Shown here piece by piece: positions 9,052-18,536 of a stretch of DNA of 64,000 nucleotides. The notes under the pieces were generated by a model. That model was not told the DNA's origin. It searched no databases and saw only the letters and a list, made by a program, of their open reading frames with translations. Positions within the stretch are counted from its first letter, which is position 1. Each line of letters opens with the position of its first letter. Position numbers and translations under genes: made by a program. The DNA comes from Verrucomicrobiia bacterium (GTDB taxonomy: Bacteria; Verrucomicrobiota; Verrucomicrobiia; Limisphaerales; Palsa-1400): assembly GCA_036501665.1 (NCBI GenBank), contig DASXZW010000046.1:25683-89682 (forward strand), read 5' to 3'.

Positions 9052-10242
9052 TTGCTTTGGGTAAATCCCGGCGTGACGAGAACATTAAGTATTCAGCCTT
9101 TTTCAGAGAAAAATTCGGCTGCGACTCGAAAAAAAGAGAAGTTTTGGCGACCGTCCGTCGCGCCGCACCAACCGCTGCTGTTGCAGTACCTTACGGTCCT
9201 TTCCAGTTTGATTTTGGTGACTGTTGCGGCTTTCGTTTTCACGCCAATTGTCGGTCCCCACGCGACGGCGTTGGTTTACCTGTTAATGGTGGTTGTTCTT
9301 TCGCTGGTGATGAACCGCGGCCCCGCCTTTATTGCCGGAGCGCTGAGCGCTGTATGCTGGGACTTCTTCTTTTTGCCTCCTACTTTTGCCTTCGCGATCC
9401 ATAGTTTTGAGGACGGAATGTTCTTCGCGATGTACTTCGTCGTCGCCCTTGCGCTGGGGCAATTGACAAGTCGAATCCGGGCGCAACAGAAGCTGGAACA
9501 ACAAGCCAGGTTTTTGGGGGAATCCGAGCGGCTCAGCAAGACCATGCTCGATTCGATGTCGCATGAATTGCGCACGCCAATCGCGGCCATCCAGAGCGCT
9601 GTGGGCAATCTCGTGGAATGGGAAAATGCGGGCCTGTCGGGCTTCCAGCGGGAAATGATCGAGGAAATCATTGAAGCGACCGAACGGCTTCATCGCCTCG
9701 TAGGCAATGCGCTTGAAATCAGCAGGCTCGAATCGGGCGCTGTCCGGCCCAATCTCACCAACTGCGATCCTGCGGAATTGGTTCATATGTCCGTTTCGGC
9801 TACGGAAAAAAAACTGGCGGGTCACCCAGTCAGAGTGATCATCGAACGCGATTTGCCAATGGCGCAATTGGACTTTGTTTTGATGCAAGAGACGTTGATC
9901 AATCTTCTGTCGAACACCGCATCGCATACGCCGCCTGGAACGCCAGTGGAGGTCTCCGTTTACGTCGAGCAAGGCTCCCTTGTGTTTCAAATCTCCGACC
10001 GTGGCCCGGGGATTGATCTGAAAGCTTTGCCGCGAATTTTTGATAAGTTTTACAGGGCCTCAACCGCTCCGGCGGGCGGAACGGGATTGGGTTTGTCCCT
10101 GGTAAAAGGCTTCGTGGAGGCCCAAGGCGGAACGGTGTGTGCGACCAATCGCGCCGGTGGAGGAGCGGTCTTCACCGTGCGAATGCCATTGCGCCAGAAC
10201 GCGGTTATCGCACAACCCTCGTTGAAAGGAGAATCCGCGTGA
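9052..10242 (+). CDS. sensor histidine kinase, KdpD C-terminal-type (DUF4118-like membrane domain + HisKA + HATPase_c)
   Basis: Membrane block LLQYLTVLSSLILVT..ALVYLLMVVVLSL..CWDFFFLPPTFAF, H-box MSHELRTPIAAI, G-boxes DRGPGI / GGTGLGLSLV. TTG start at 9052 is uncertain. Lacks the N-terminal KdpD/Usp region. Confidence 0.8.
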   Translation: MLWVNPGVTRTLSIQPFSEKNSAATRKKEKFWRPSVAPHQPLLLQYLTVLSSLILVTVAAFVFTPIVGPHATALVYLLMVVVLSLVMNRGPAFIAGALSAVCWDFFFLPPTFAFAIHSFEDGMFFAMYFVVALALGQLTSRIRAQQKLEQQARFLGESERLSKTMLDSMSHELRTPIAAIQSAVGNLVEWENAGLSGFQREMIEEIIEATERLHRLVGNALEISRLESGAVRPNLTNCDPAELVHMSVSATEKKLAGHPVRVIIERDLPMAQLDFVLMQETLINLLSNTASHTPPGTPVEVSVYVEQGSLVFQISDRGPGIDLKALPRIFDKFYRASTAPAGGTGLGLSLVKGFVEAQGGTVCATNRAGGGAVFTVRMPLRQNAVIAQPSLKGESA

Positions 10243-10940
10243 GCGGCGAAACGACGGAAAAAGCCCTTGTGCTTGTTGTCGATGACGAAGCGCAAATCCG
10301 GCGATTGCTTCGCGCCTCGCTTGAAATGAGCGGTTACGGGGTCGTCGAAGCCGCAACGGGCGAGGACGGCGTCACGCAAGCCATTCGTTGCCAGCCGGAT
10401 ATCATGCTGCTTGATCTTGGTTTGCCGGATATGGACGGCAATACGGTTTTGAAACGATTCCGGGAATGGAGCCAGGCTCCGGTCATGGTCGTTTCCGTGC
10501 GGCGGCAGGAGCACGACAAGATCGCGGCGCTCGACAACGGCGCGAACGATTTTATCACGAAACCCTTTGGAACCGGGGAGTTGCTGGCGCGCTTGCGCGT
10601 AATGCGGCGAAACGTCCAGGCGCAGTCCCGACCGGAGGTATTTCAAACTGGAAATCTGACTGTCGATACGACCGTCCGCGTGGTAAGAATTGACGGCGAG
10701 CCGGTTCGGTTGAGCGCGACGGAATATGCGCTTTTGCTGGAGTTTGTTCGCAACGCTGGAAAAGTCCTCACTCATGGGCATCTGCTGCGCGAGGTGTGGG
10801 GAATTGACGACGCCGAAAAGATCAGCCTTTTGCGCGTTTATATGGGCTACTTGCGGGAGAAGCTTGAAAAAGTTCCCACCAAGCCAAAGTTAATATTGAC
10901 AGAGCCTGGAGTGGGGTACCGTCTGGTGGTCACGGATTAG
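10239..10940 (+). CDS. OmpR-family response regulator, KdpE-like
   Basis: GTG 10239 overlaps the kinase stop (GTGA). REC (LVLVVDDEAQIRRLL..DIMLLDLGLPDMDG) plus winged-helix (LTEPGVGYRLV). The upstream extension from 10137 overlaps the kinase and is rejected. Confidence 0.85.
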   Translation: MSGETTEKALVLVVDDEAQIRRLLRASLEMSGYGVVEAATGEDGVTQAIRCQPDIMLLDLGLPDMDGNTVLKRFREWSQAPVMVVSVRRQEHDKIAALDNGANDFITKPFGTGELLARLRVMRRNVQAQSRPEVFQTGNLTVDTTVRVVRIDGEPVRLSATEYALLLEFVRNAGKVLTHGHLLREVWGIDDAEKISLLRVYMGYLREKLEKVPTKPKLILTEPGVGYRLVVTD

Positions 10941-11109
10941 TTGGTTTTCGGGGGTATTTTTTCTAACGAATTTCTTATCGTCTTCTGTCCCACGTGCTCA
11001 AAAAGCAACATCCTGCAAAAATTCACTCATGGAAAAGCTCCACGCTTGCTTGCCGGTTTATGGCTCCGCATAGGCAGAATTAGAGGAGGAATAAGAAAGT
11101 TATAAGAGT

Positions 11110-11125
11110 TGGCATTTCGGCTGCT
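11110..11125 (+). promoter_or_regulatory. candidate sigma-54 (-24/-12) promoter for glnK-amtB
   Basis: TGGCATTTCGGCTGCT fits TGGCAC-N5-TTGCW, with GG and GC at the canonical spacing. Lies about 150 nt upstream of the glnK ATG. Confidence 0.4.
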
Positions 11126-11207
11126 TTTGTCCCCACCGTGCATCTCCAATGCAGCGTGAGTTTTGTCCGGCGGGTTGGCGCAACCGGGTTGATTTGGGGG
11201 TGATTGA

Positions 11208-11612
<405 letters not shown>

Positions 11613-11641
11613 CAAACAACAATTCGCCAATAAATCAAAAA

Positions 11642-13126
<1,485 letters not shown>

Positions 13127-13137
13127 GTTCTGAATGG

Positions 13138-13172
13138 CTCGGGGCGCGCAACACAAAAGTTGCGGCCCCGAG
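13138..13172 (+). terminator. GC-rich hairpin 12 nt after the amtB stop (no U-tract)
   Basis: CTCGGGGCGCGCAAC-acaaaa-GTTGCGGCCCCGAG, one bulge. Not followed by a T-run. Confidence 0.35.
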
Positions 13173-13282
13173 TCGGTTAACCAAGCGACCGCGCCGTCCG
13201 ATAGTGATTGAGACAATATGTAAAACCGCTTTTCAATTTCTGGTTCCTCTTATCATGAGTTACAGGCGCCAGGAAGCGTAAC

Positions 13283-13327
13283 CCGCTTGGACGGTGGATT
13301 GTTTCCGCCCAAGCGGCTTCTTTTTTT
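13283..13327 (+). terminator. rho-independent terminator, orphan (about 160 nt downstream of amtB)
   Basis: CCGCTTGG(A)CGG-loop-CCG(C)CCAAGCGG followed by CTTCTTTTTTTCCC. Confidence 0.55.
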
Positions 13328-13369
13328 CCCTTTTCGATCTGAGTTTCCCGTAGCCGTATTGATGCAGTT

Positions 13370-13517
13370 GGGTAGCGCGGTCGTCTCGACCGCCTCCAGT
13401 CGGCGTCTCGCCGACTGGCTCCCCGCGAATCTCAACTCGCCGTATAGCGAACTGGTTCAAATCACCGATGTCTTCGGCGAGACGCCGAAGACGGCGGTCG
13501 AGACGACCGCGCTACCC
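13370..13517. repeat. composite palindromic intergenic repeat, copy 2 (best preserved)
   Basis: GGGTAGCGCGGTCGTCTCGACCGCC ... GGCGGTCGAGACGACCGCGCTACCC are perfect 25-nt inverted termini. Internal hairpins CCAGTCGGCG-TCT-CGCCGACTGG and CTTCGGCG-AGA-CGCCGAAG. Confidence 0.9.
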
Positions 13518-13638
13518 ATTATCAACTGAAAAGTTACGGCCTAGCCCTTCCGTTCAATTTGGCCCCAATGACAAAACTGTCATTGCCAGATTATGGCTGC
13601 TTCACCTTGGGTTGTTAGGCTGCGGCAAAGGACTAACT

Positions 13639-14655
13639 ATGAAAAAACATTGGGCGGTTTTATGCGGTTTGGCGGTGTTGTCGGCTGGAGTCTGCCTGGC
13701 GGATGATTTGTACAGTTTTGTCGAAGAAATTCCCGCGCCGGGAAACGGCGGTTGGGATTACATGTCTGTGGACGATGTCGGACGGCGACTCTACGTCAGC
13801 CACGCAAGCAACGTCGTGGTCATTGATATTGATGCGGGTAAAGTCGTTGGCGAAATCGCGGACACACCGGGTGTTCATGGACTTGCGGTGGCATCCGATT
13901 TGAATCGCGGCGTGGTCACTTGTGGACGCAGCGGCAAAGCGGCGATAGTCGATTTGTCGAATTTGCAAACCGTGACCAGCCTGGAGACCGGCGAGGGTCC
14001 AGACGGGATGCTTTACGACCCGGTCGCGCACGAAGCGTACACCTTCAACGGACGCGGCCAATCGGCAACCGTCATTGATGTGAAGAACGCCAAAGTTGTC
14101 GCAACCATTGCGTTGGGAGGCAAACCGGAGTTCGGCGCGGCAGACCCGGATTTGGGCAAGGTTTTCGACAATCTTGAGGACAAGAGCGAAGTCGTTGTGA
14201 TTGACACAAAGACGCATTCGGTATCGAGCCGATGGCCGGTGGCGCCGGGCGAAGAGCCTTCAGGCATGTCGATTGATACGGCTCATCACCACCTGTTTCT
14301 CGGTTGCGGCAATCAAAAAATGCTGATGATGGACGCAACCAGTGGCAAGGTGTTGGGCGAAGTTCCCATTGGCAACGGAGTGGACGCCACTTGTTTCGAT
14401 CCGGGAACGAGTCTTGCATTTGCTTCCTGCGGTGACGGAACAACCACCATCGCGCGCGAGGAAGGGGATAAATTGACGGTGGTGCAGACTCTAAAAACGG
14501 AGCCGCGCGCCAAGACAATGACGCTGGACCCGAAGACCCATCGCATTTATCTCGGTTCGGCGAAGTTTGGACCAACCCCGGAAGGTGGCGGACGGCGAAG
14601 AGCGCCGATGCTTCCAGGGACGTTTAAGATTCTCGTTTATGGAATGAAGAAATAG
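13639..14655 (+). CDS. YncE-like / YVTN-repeat beta-propeller protein, secreted
   Basis: ATG 13639 gives signal peptide MKKHWAVLCGLAVLSAGVCLA. Repeated ~40-aa units (RLYVSHASNVVVIDIDAGKVVGEI, GVVTCGRSGKAAIVDLSNLQ, KVFDNLEDKSEVVVIDTKTH ...). The 13468 start lies in the repeat element and is rejected. Confidence 0.75.
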   Translation: MKKHWAVLCGLAVLSAGVCLADDLYSFVEEIPAPGNGGWDYMSVDDVGRRLYVSHASNVVVIDIDAGKVVGEIADTPGVHGLAVASDLNRGVVTCGRSGKAAIVDLSNLQTVTSLETGEGPDGMLYDPVAHEAYTFNGRGQSATVIDVKNAKVVATIALGGKPEFGAADPDLGKVFDNLEDKSEVVVIDTKTHSVSSRWPVAPGEEPSGMSIDTAHHHLFLGCGNQKMLMMDATSGKVLGEVPIGNGVDATCFDPGTSLAFASCGDGTTTIAREEGDKLTVVQTLKTEPRAKTMTLDPKTHRIYLGSAKFGPTPEGGGRRRAPMLPGTFKILVYGMKK

Positions 14656-14669
14656 GTTAGCCTTCGGTG

Positions 14670-15344
14670 ATGCGCGTATTAGTCGTCGAGGACGAAAGAA
14701 AAACGGCCTCATTCATCCGCAAAGCCCTCCAAACCGAGGGATTTGCGGTGGATATCTGCAACAACGGCAACGAAGTCGCTGAGTTGACAGCGACGACCCC
14801 GTTCGATTGTCTCGTCCTCGATGTCATGTTGCCCGGAAGGGACGGGTTGAGTGTGCTGCGTCAGTTGCGCGATCGCCGTTATCTGACGCCTGTTCTTCTG
14901 CTTTCGGCGCGTGGAGAAGTCAACGAGCGCGTGGAAGGACTCAACGCCGGGGCCGATGATTACCTGCCAAAGCCGTTTGAATTGGAGGAACTTCTCGCGC
15001 GCGTGCGGGCCTTGACGCGACGAGGCGGAGACAATCGCGCTGTGCTGCTGAAGGTTGCGAACCTTAGCCTTGACACAATTACGCGGCAGGCCCGGCGCGG
15101 CGGCGAAGTCATAGAATTGAGCACGAGGGAGTATCGGTTGCTCGAATTTCTCATGCGGTCGCCGGGACGATTGTGCGGTCGCATGATGATTCTGGAGAAA
15201 GTGTGGGATTACGACTTCGATCCTGGCACCAACCTGGTGGATGTTTATATCGGGCGCTTGCGCGAAAAGATTGACGCCGCCTTTGAACCCAAGCTGTTGC
15301 ACACCGTGCGCGGAAGCGGTTACGTGCTGAAAGAACCGGCATGA
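14670..15344 (+). CDS. OmpR-family response regulator (CusR/CopR-like)
   Basis: MRVLVVEDE..DCLVLDVMLPGRDG..ADDYLPKPF..winged helix HTVRGSGYVL. Stop overlaps the kinase start. Confidence 0.9.
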   Translation: MRVLVVEDERKTASFIRKALQTEGFAVDICNNGNEVAELTATTPFDCLVLDVMLPGRDGLSVLRQLRDRRYLTPVLLLSARGEVNERVEGLNAGADDYLPKPFELEELLARVRALTRRGGDNRAVLLKVANLSLDTITRQARRGGEVIELSTREYRLLEFLMRSPGRLCGRMMILEKVWDYDFDPGTNLVDVYIGRLREKIDAAFEPKLLHTVRGSGYVLKEPA

Positions 15345-16390
15345 CCATTCGGGCGCGCCTGACGTTATGGTACGGCAGCATTTTGTTTTGTGCCGTGGCG
15401 GTGATAGGTGTGCTCTCTTATTCCGAACTCCTGGAACGCCGCGAAAGGATTCATCGGACCGATCACGGGATGGTCGAAATCCTGGAGATCATGTTGGGAA
15501 TCGGCGCGCCGGCTGCAATCCTAAGCGTCGCCGGCGGTTGGTGGTTGACGCGTAAATCACTCACCCCTCTGGCAGCGCTCACACTGGCTGCTGAGCGGAT
15601 TACCGAGAATACGTTGGCTGAGCAATTGCCGCGCTCGCAAAACGGCGACGAGCTGGACCGTTTAACGGACGTCTTCAACGGCATGACCACCCGGCTAAAT
15701 GATTCCTTCCATCGAATTCGAGAATTCACTCTGCACGCATCGCACGAATTGAAAACGCCATTGACGGTTTTGTGTGGCGAGATGGAATTGGAATTGAGGA
15801 ACGAAGGGCTTTCGGAGTCTGCCCGCGAACGTTGCGCTAGTCAACTAGATGAATTGCGGCGGTTGTCACGAATTGTTGACGCCCTGACGCTTCTAGCCCG
15901 GGCGGACGCGGGATTGTTCGATTTGAAGTTCGAGCCGCTTGAGTTGAGTGAAATTATACAGGACAATTTTGCCGATGCGCAAATCCTCGCGCGGGCGCAG
16001 GGAATTCATGTGGAATTGACGGCGTGCGAAAAGGCCCGTGTCATGGGCAACAAGCATCGGTTGAGGCAGCTATTTCTAAATTTGACTGACAATGCTGTCA
16101 AATATAACGAACAGGCAGGGCGCATCATTATGACACTGCGTACGTCGGGGCTTATCGCGGAATTCGTTATGACGAACACAGGGCCGGGGATTACGCCGGA
16201 GGCTTTGCCGCGGGTGTTTGACCGCTTTTTTCGAGGCGATCCCGCGCATAGCAACATCGTGGAAGGATCGGGTCTCGGCCTGAGCATTGCCCAGTGGATC
16301 GTGACAGCCCACGGCGGGACCATACAAATTGAATCTGTCCCAGGAAAGATGACGACGGTTGCTGTAAAATTACCCCTCAAGCCCGAATAG
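15341..16390 (+). CDS. sensor histidine kinase (CusS-like: 2 TM, HAMP, HisKA, HATPase_c)
   Basis: H-box ASHELKTPLTVL, N-box LFLNLTDNAVKY, G-boxes NTGPGI / GSGLGLSIA. Translationally coupled to the regulator (ATGA). Confidence 0.9.
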   Translation: MTIRARLTLWYGSILFCAVAVIGVLSYSELLERRERIHRTDHGMVEILEIMLGIGAPAAILSVAGGWWLTRKSLTPLAALTLAAERITENTLAEQLPRSQNGDELDRLTDVFNGMTTRLNDSFHRIREFTLHASHELKTPLTVLCGEMELELRNEGLSESARERCASQLDELRRLSRIVDALTLLARADAGLFDLKFEPLELSEIIQDNFADAQILARAQGIHVELTACEKARVMGNKHRLRQLFLNLTDNAVKYNEQAGRIIMTLRTSGLIAEFVMTNTGPGITPEALPRVFDRFFRGDPAHSNIVEGSGLGLSIAQWIVTAHGGTIQIESVPGKMTTVAVKLPLKPE

Positions 16391-17632
16391 CTACGTTGCC
16401 ATTGCCTTGCCCGCGATCCAGCCTGTCGTCCAGGCCGCCTGGAAATTGTAACCGCCAGTGATGCCGTCGATATCCAGCAGTTCGCCCGCAAAATAAAGTC
16501 CGGGTCGAAGCCGACTCTCCATCGTGCGAAAATCAACTTCCTGCAAACGCACGCCGCCGCAAGTGACGAATTCGTCCTTGTTCAGACTCTTCCCCGTCAC
16601 GGGCAGTTCGCATCGCGTCAAACATTGAATGAGGGCGTGTCGCGCGGCGCCGGATAAATTTGAATTGCGAACATCCAAGGCAATGCCCGAAGTCAATACG
16701 AGCTTTTCCCAAAGCCGCATCGGCAGGGGAGCGATTGGCTCCTTGATGACGAACCTCGCCGCATTGGACGCGGCTCGCGAGCGGAGGACGGCTTCGATTT
16801 GCTCAACGCTCATTTCAGGGAGCCAATTGACGCGCAACTGGAAATTATAATTTACTTCTTGAAGACTTCGCGCGCCCCATGCCGAAAGCCGAAGAATCGC
16901 CGGCCCGCTGACGCCCCAATGGGTGAGAAGTATAGGACCGCGTTCGCGCAATTTCGCCTCGGCAATCGAAACTTCAACCGACGCGACCGAGACTCCCGAA
17001 AGTTCGCGCACCCATTCCGCATCAACGTGAAAACTAAAAAGCGACGGCGCAAGAGGTTCGATGGAGTGGCCGAGCGAAACTGGAAGACTCCCGCCCGCAG
17101 CGCTGCGACACCCGCCAGTGGCAAGAAGCAAGCGATCACACGCCATGATTTGGCCGCGAACATCGGTCAAACGAAAGCCACCCTCGGTCGGATATTCAGC
17201 GCGGGCGATGTCAACGCCTGTCCGAAGTTTGACGCCGGTGTTTTCAGCGGCGGTCGTAAGACAGTCAATAATTGTTTGCGATGAGTCCGTGGTGGGAAAC
17301 ATCCGGCCATCCGGTTCAGTTTTCAACTTGACTCCACGCGCTGCGAACCACGCAACCGTCTCCTCCATGGCGAAAACCTGATACGGACTATGAAGCGCCC
17401 TTGCGCCTCGCGGATAATTCTCAGACAGGACGCTCGTATCCAATTGGCCGTTCGTGACATTGCATCTGCCGCCGCCTGAAATGCGGACTTTTCCGAGGAA
17501 CCGATCCGTTTTTTCCAGGATCGTCACCTCGACATTGGGCGAAGACTCCGCGCAAGCGATCGCCGCGAAGAATCCCGCGGCCCCGCCTCCAATAACAATG
17601 ACCCTGCGCTTAGGCACGATGGAGCGTAGCAT
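16391..17632 (-). CDS. NAD(P)/FAD-dependent oxidoreductase, HI0933/YhiN/BaiN family
   Basis: VIVIGGGAAGFFAAIACAE dinucleotide fold, ISGGGRCNVTN motif, C-terminal GELLDIDGITGGYNFQAAWTTGW. ATG 17632 is preferred over TTG 17665. Confidence 0.85.
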   Translation of the reverse strand: MLRSIVPKRRVIVIGGGAAGFFAAIACAESSPNVEVTILEKTDRFLGKVRISGGGRCNVTNGQLDTSVLSENYPRGARALHSPYQVFAMEETVAWFAARGVKLKTEPDGRMFPTTDSSQTIIDCLTTAAENTGVKLRTGVDIARAEYPTEGGFRLTDVRGQIMACDRLLLATGGCRSAAGGSLPVSLGHSIEPLAPSLFSFHVDAEWVRELSGVSVASVEVSIAEAKLRERGPILLTHWGVSGPAILRLSAWGARSLQEVNYNFQLRVNWLPEMSVEQIEAVLRSRAASNAARFVIKEPIAPLPMRLWEKLVLTSGIALDVRNSNLSGAARHALIQCLTRCELPVTGKSLNKDEFVTCGGVRLQEVDFRTMESRLRPGLYFAGELLDIDGITGGYNFQAAWTTGWIAGKAMAT

Positions 17633-17965
17633 ATTCAAACCCGCTAACGAGGAGAAGAAATGCAATCGCCTTCACGCCAATGCGTTCATGCGGCTGCGGC
17701 CAAGCGCCAAGCGCCAAGCGATCCAAGGCCACTTCTGAAAAATTAGTAAAGTAAAAGTTAAAATTTGAACCCGGCAAATTTCTCCCTTGCTGGATACGAG
17801 ATGATTCAATGCGACTGAAACAGACGAAAAGGCCCTCCACAAATATTAAATCGGCAAGCCTTTACCCTGGCTCCTGAGATTTTTATAATGGTTTATCATT
17901 CCAAATGTGATTCAAAAAACTTGCCTGAAAGGCCAAGTAAAACTAGTGTGAAAGCCTGTCGAGTC

Positions 17966-18041
17966 GCCAGTTTAGCTCAGTTGGCAGAGCAACGCTTTCG
18001 TAAAGCGTGGGTCGTTGGTTCGAATCCAATAACTGGCTCCA
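17966..18041 (+). tRNA. tRNA-Thr (anticodon CGT), CCA encoded
   Basis: Hand-folded cloverleaf: acceptor GCCAGTT/AACTGGC, D-stem GCTC/GAGC, anticodon stem ACGCT/AGCGT with loop TTCGTAA, T-arm GTTGG-TTCGAAT-CCAAT, discriminator T, CCA. Confidence 0.9.
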
Positions 18042-18201
18042 TTTCTAACTGTTAGTGCCGTAATGGTTTACGAGTCGGGTGGCCCCGAGACTGACATCAA
18101 ATTCAGCGCTTTGCGAGCAATTTGAGATGCGGGGACGTGCTCTGGCTGCTTGCTAACGGTTCGGCTTCGGTCTTCTTTTAAAACGCGGTTGTGTAATCGT
18201 T

Positions 18202-18366
18202 ATGAAAACACGTCACCGTTTAATCCATCGCGGCGCTCGAAGCGGCGTCTTCTATTGCGTTGACAGTAACGCTGGCAAACGCACGAGACTGAACACTTCA
18301 AACGTGGACTCCGCACGGTATGGCAGGTTCTCGAGACAGGTAAACGTCAGGTCAAAAAGGATTTAA
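18202..18366 (+). pseudogene. possible N-terminal remnant of a tyrosine integrase (54 codons)
   Basis: ATG 18202: MKTRHRLIHRGARSGVFYCVDSNAGKRTRLNTSNVDSAR... resembles the arm-binding N-termini of PVC integrases as I recall them. Sits 160 nt 3' of a tRNA. No catalytic domain follows. Confidence 0.3.
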
Positions 18367-18536
18367 AAACCATTTCGCTCTTGCTAGGGCGATTTCGGGG
18401 GCAACGCCGCGTATTTAGCCATGATTTTTTGTGAAATGCTGAAGCAGTCGCCGCTGTAAAGAACCTGCCGTGATCTGCCGATAACTAAACAAAGAAAACC
18501 GACTAATCCGGGTTTTCTTCAGTCATTCTTGTACGT

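Noticed and set aside
11140-11156. TGCAT-N5-ATGCA palindrome near the glnK promoter, considered as an NtrC site
   Set aside because: It lies downstream of the putative -24/-12 element rather than upstream, and matches the NtrC consensus only loosely.
13468-13638. N-terminal extension of the beta-propeller ORF (MSSARRRRRRSRRPRYP...)
   Set aside because: It starts inside the palindromic repeat. The same Arg-rich peptide is produced by the repeat copy at 59596-59802, so it is a repeat-translation artefact. The ATG at 13639 gives a proper signal peptide.
17700-17720. CCAAGCG x3 tandem repeat upstream of the flavoprotein gene
   Set aside because: It is too short (21 nt) and isolated. It is likely a trivial microsatellite in a promoter region.
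18346-18365. 20-nt direct repeat GTCAGGTCAA.A.GGATTTA (18/20) with 21305-21324, bracketing the NERD and hybrid-kinase genes. Considered as att-like island borders.
   Set aside because: By my estimate, an 18/20 match is expected several times by chance among the ~4e9 position pairs of a 64-kb window (both strands). It also does not correspond to the tRNA 3' end.
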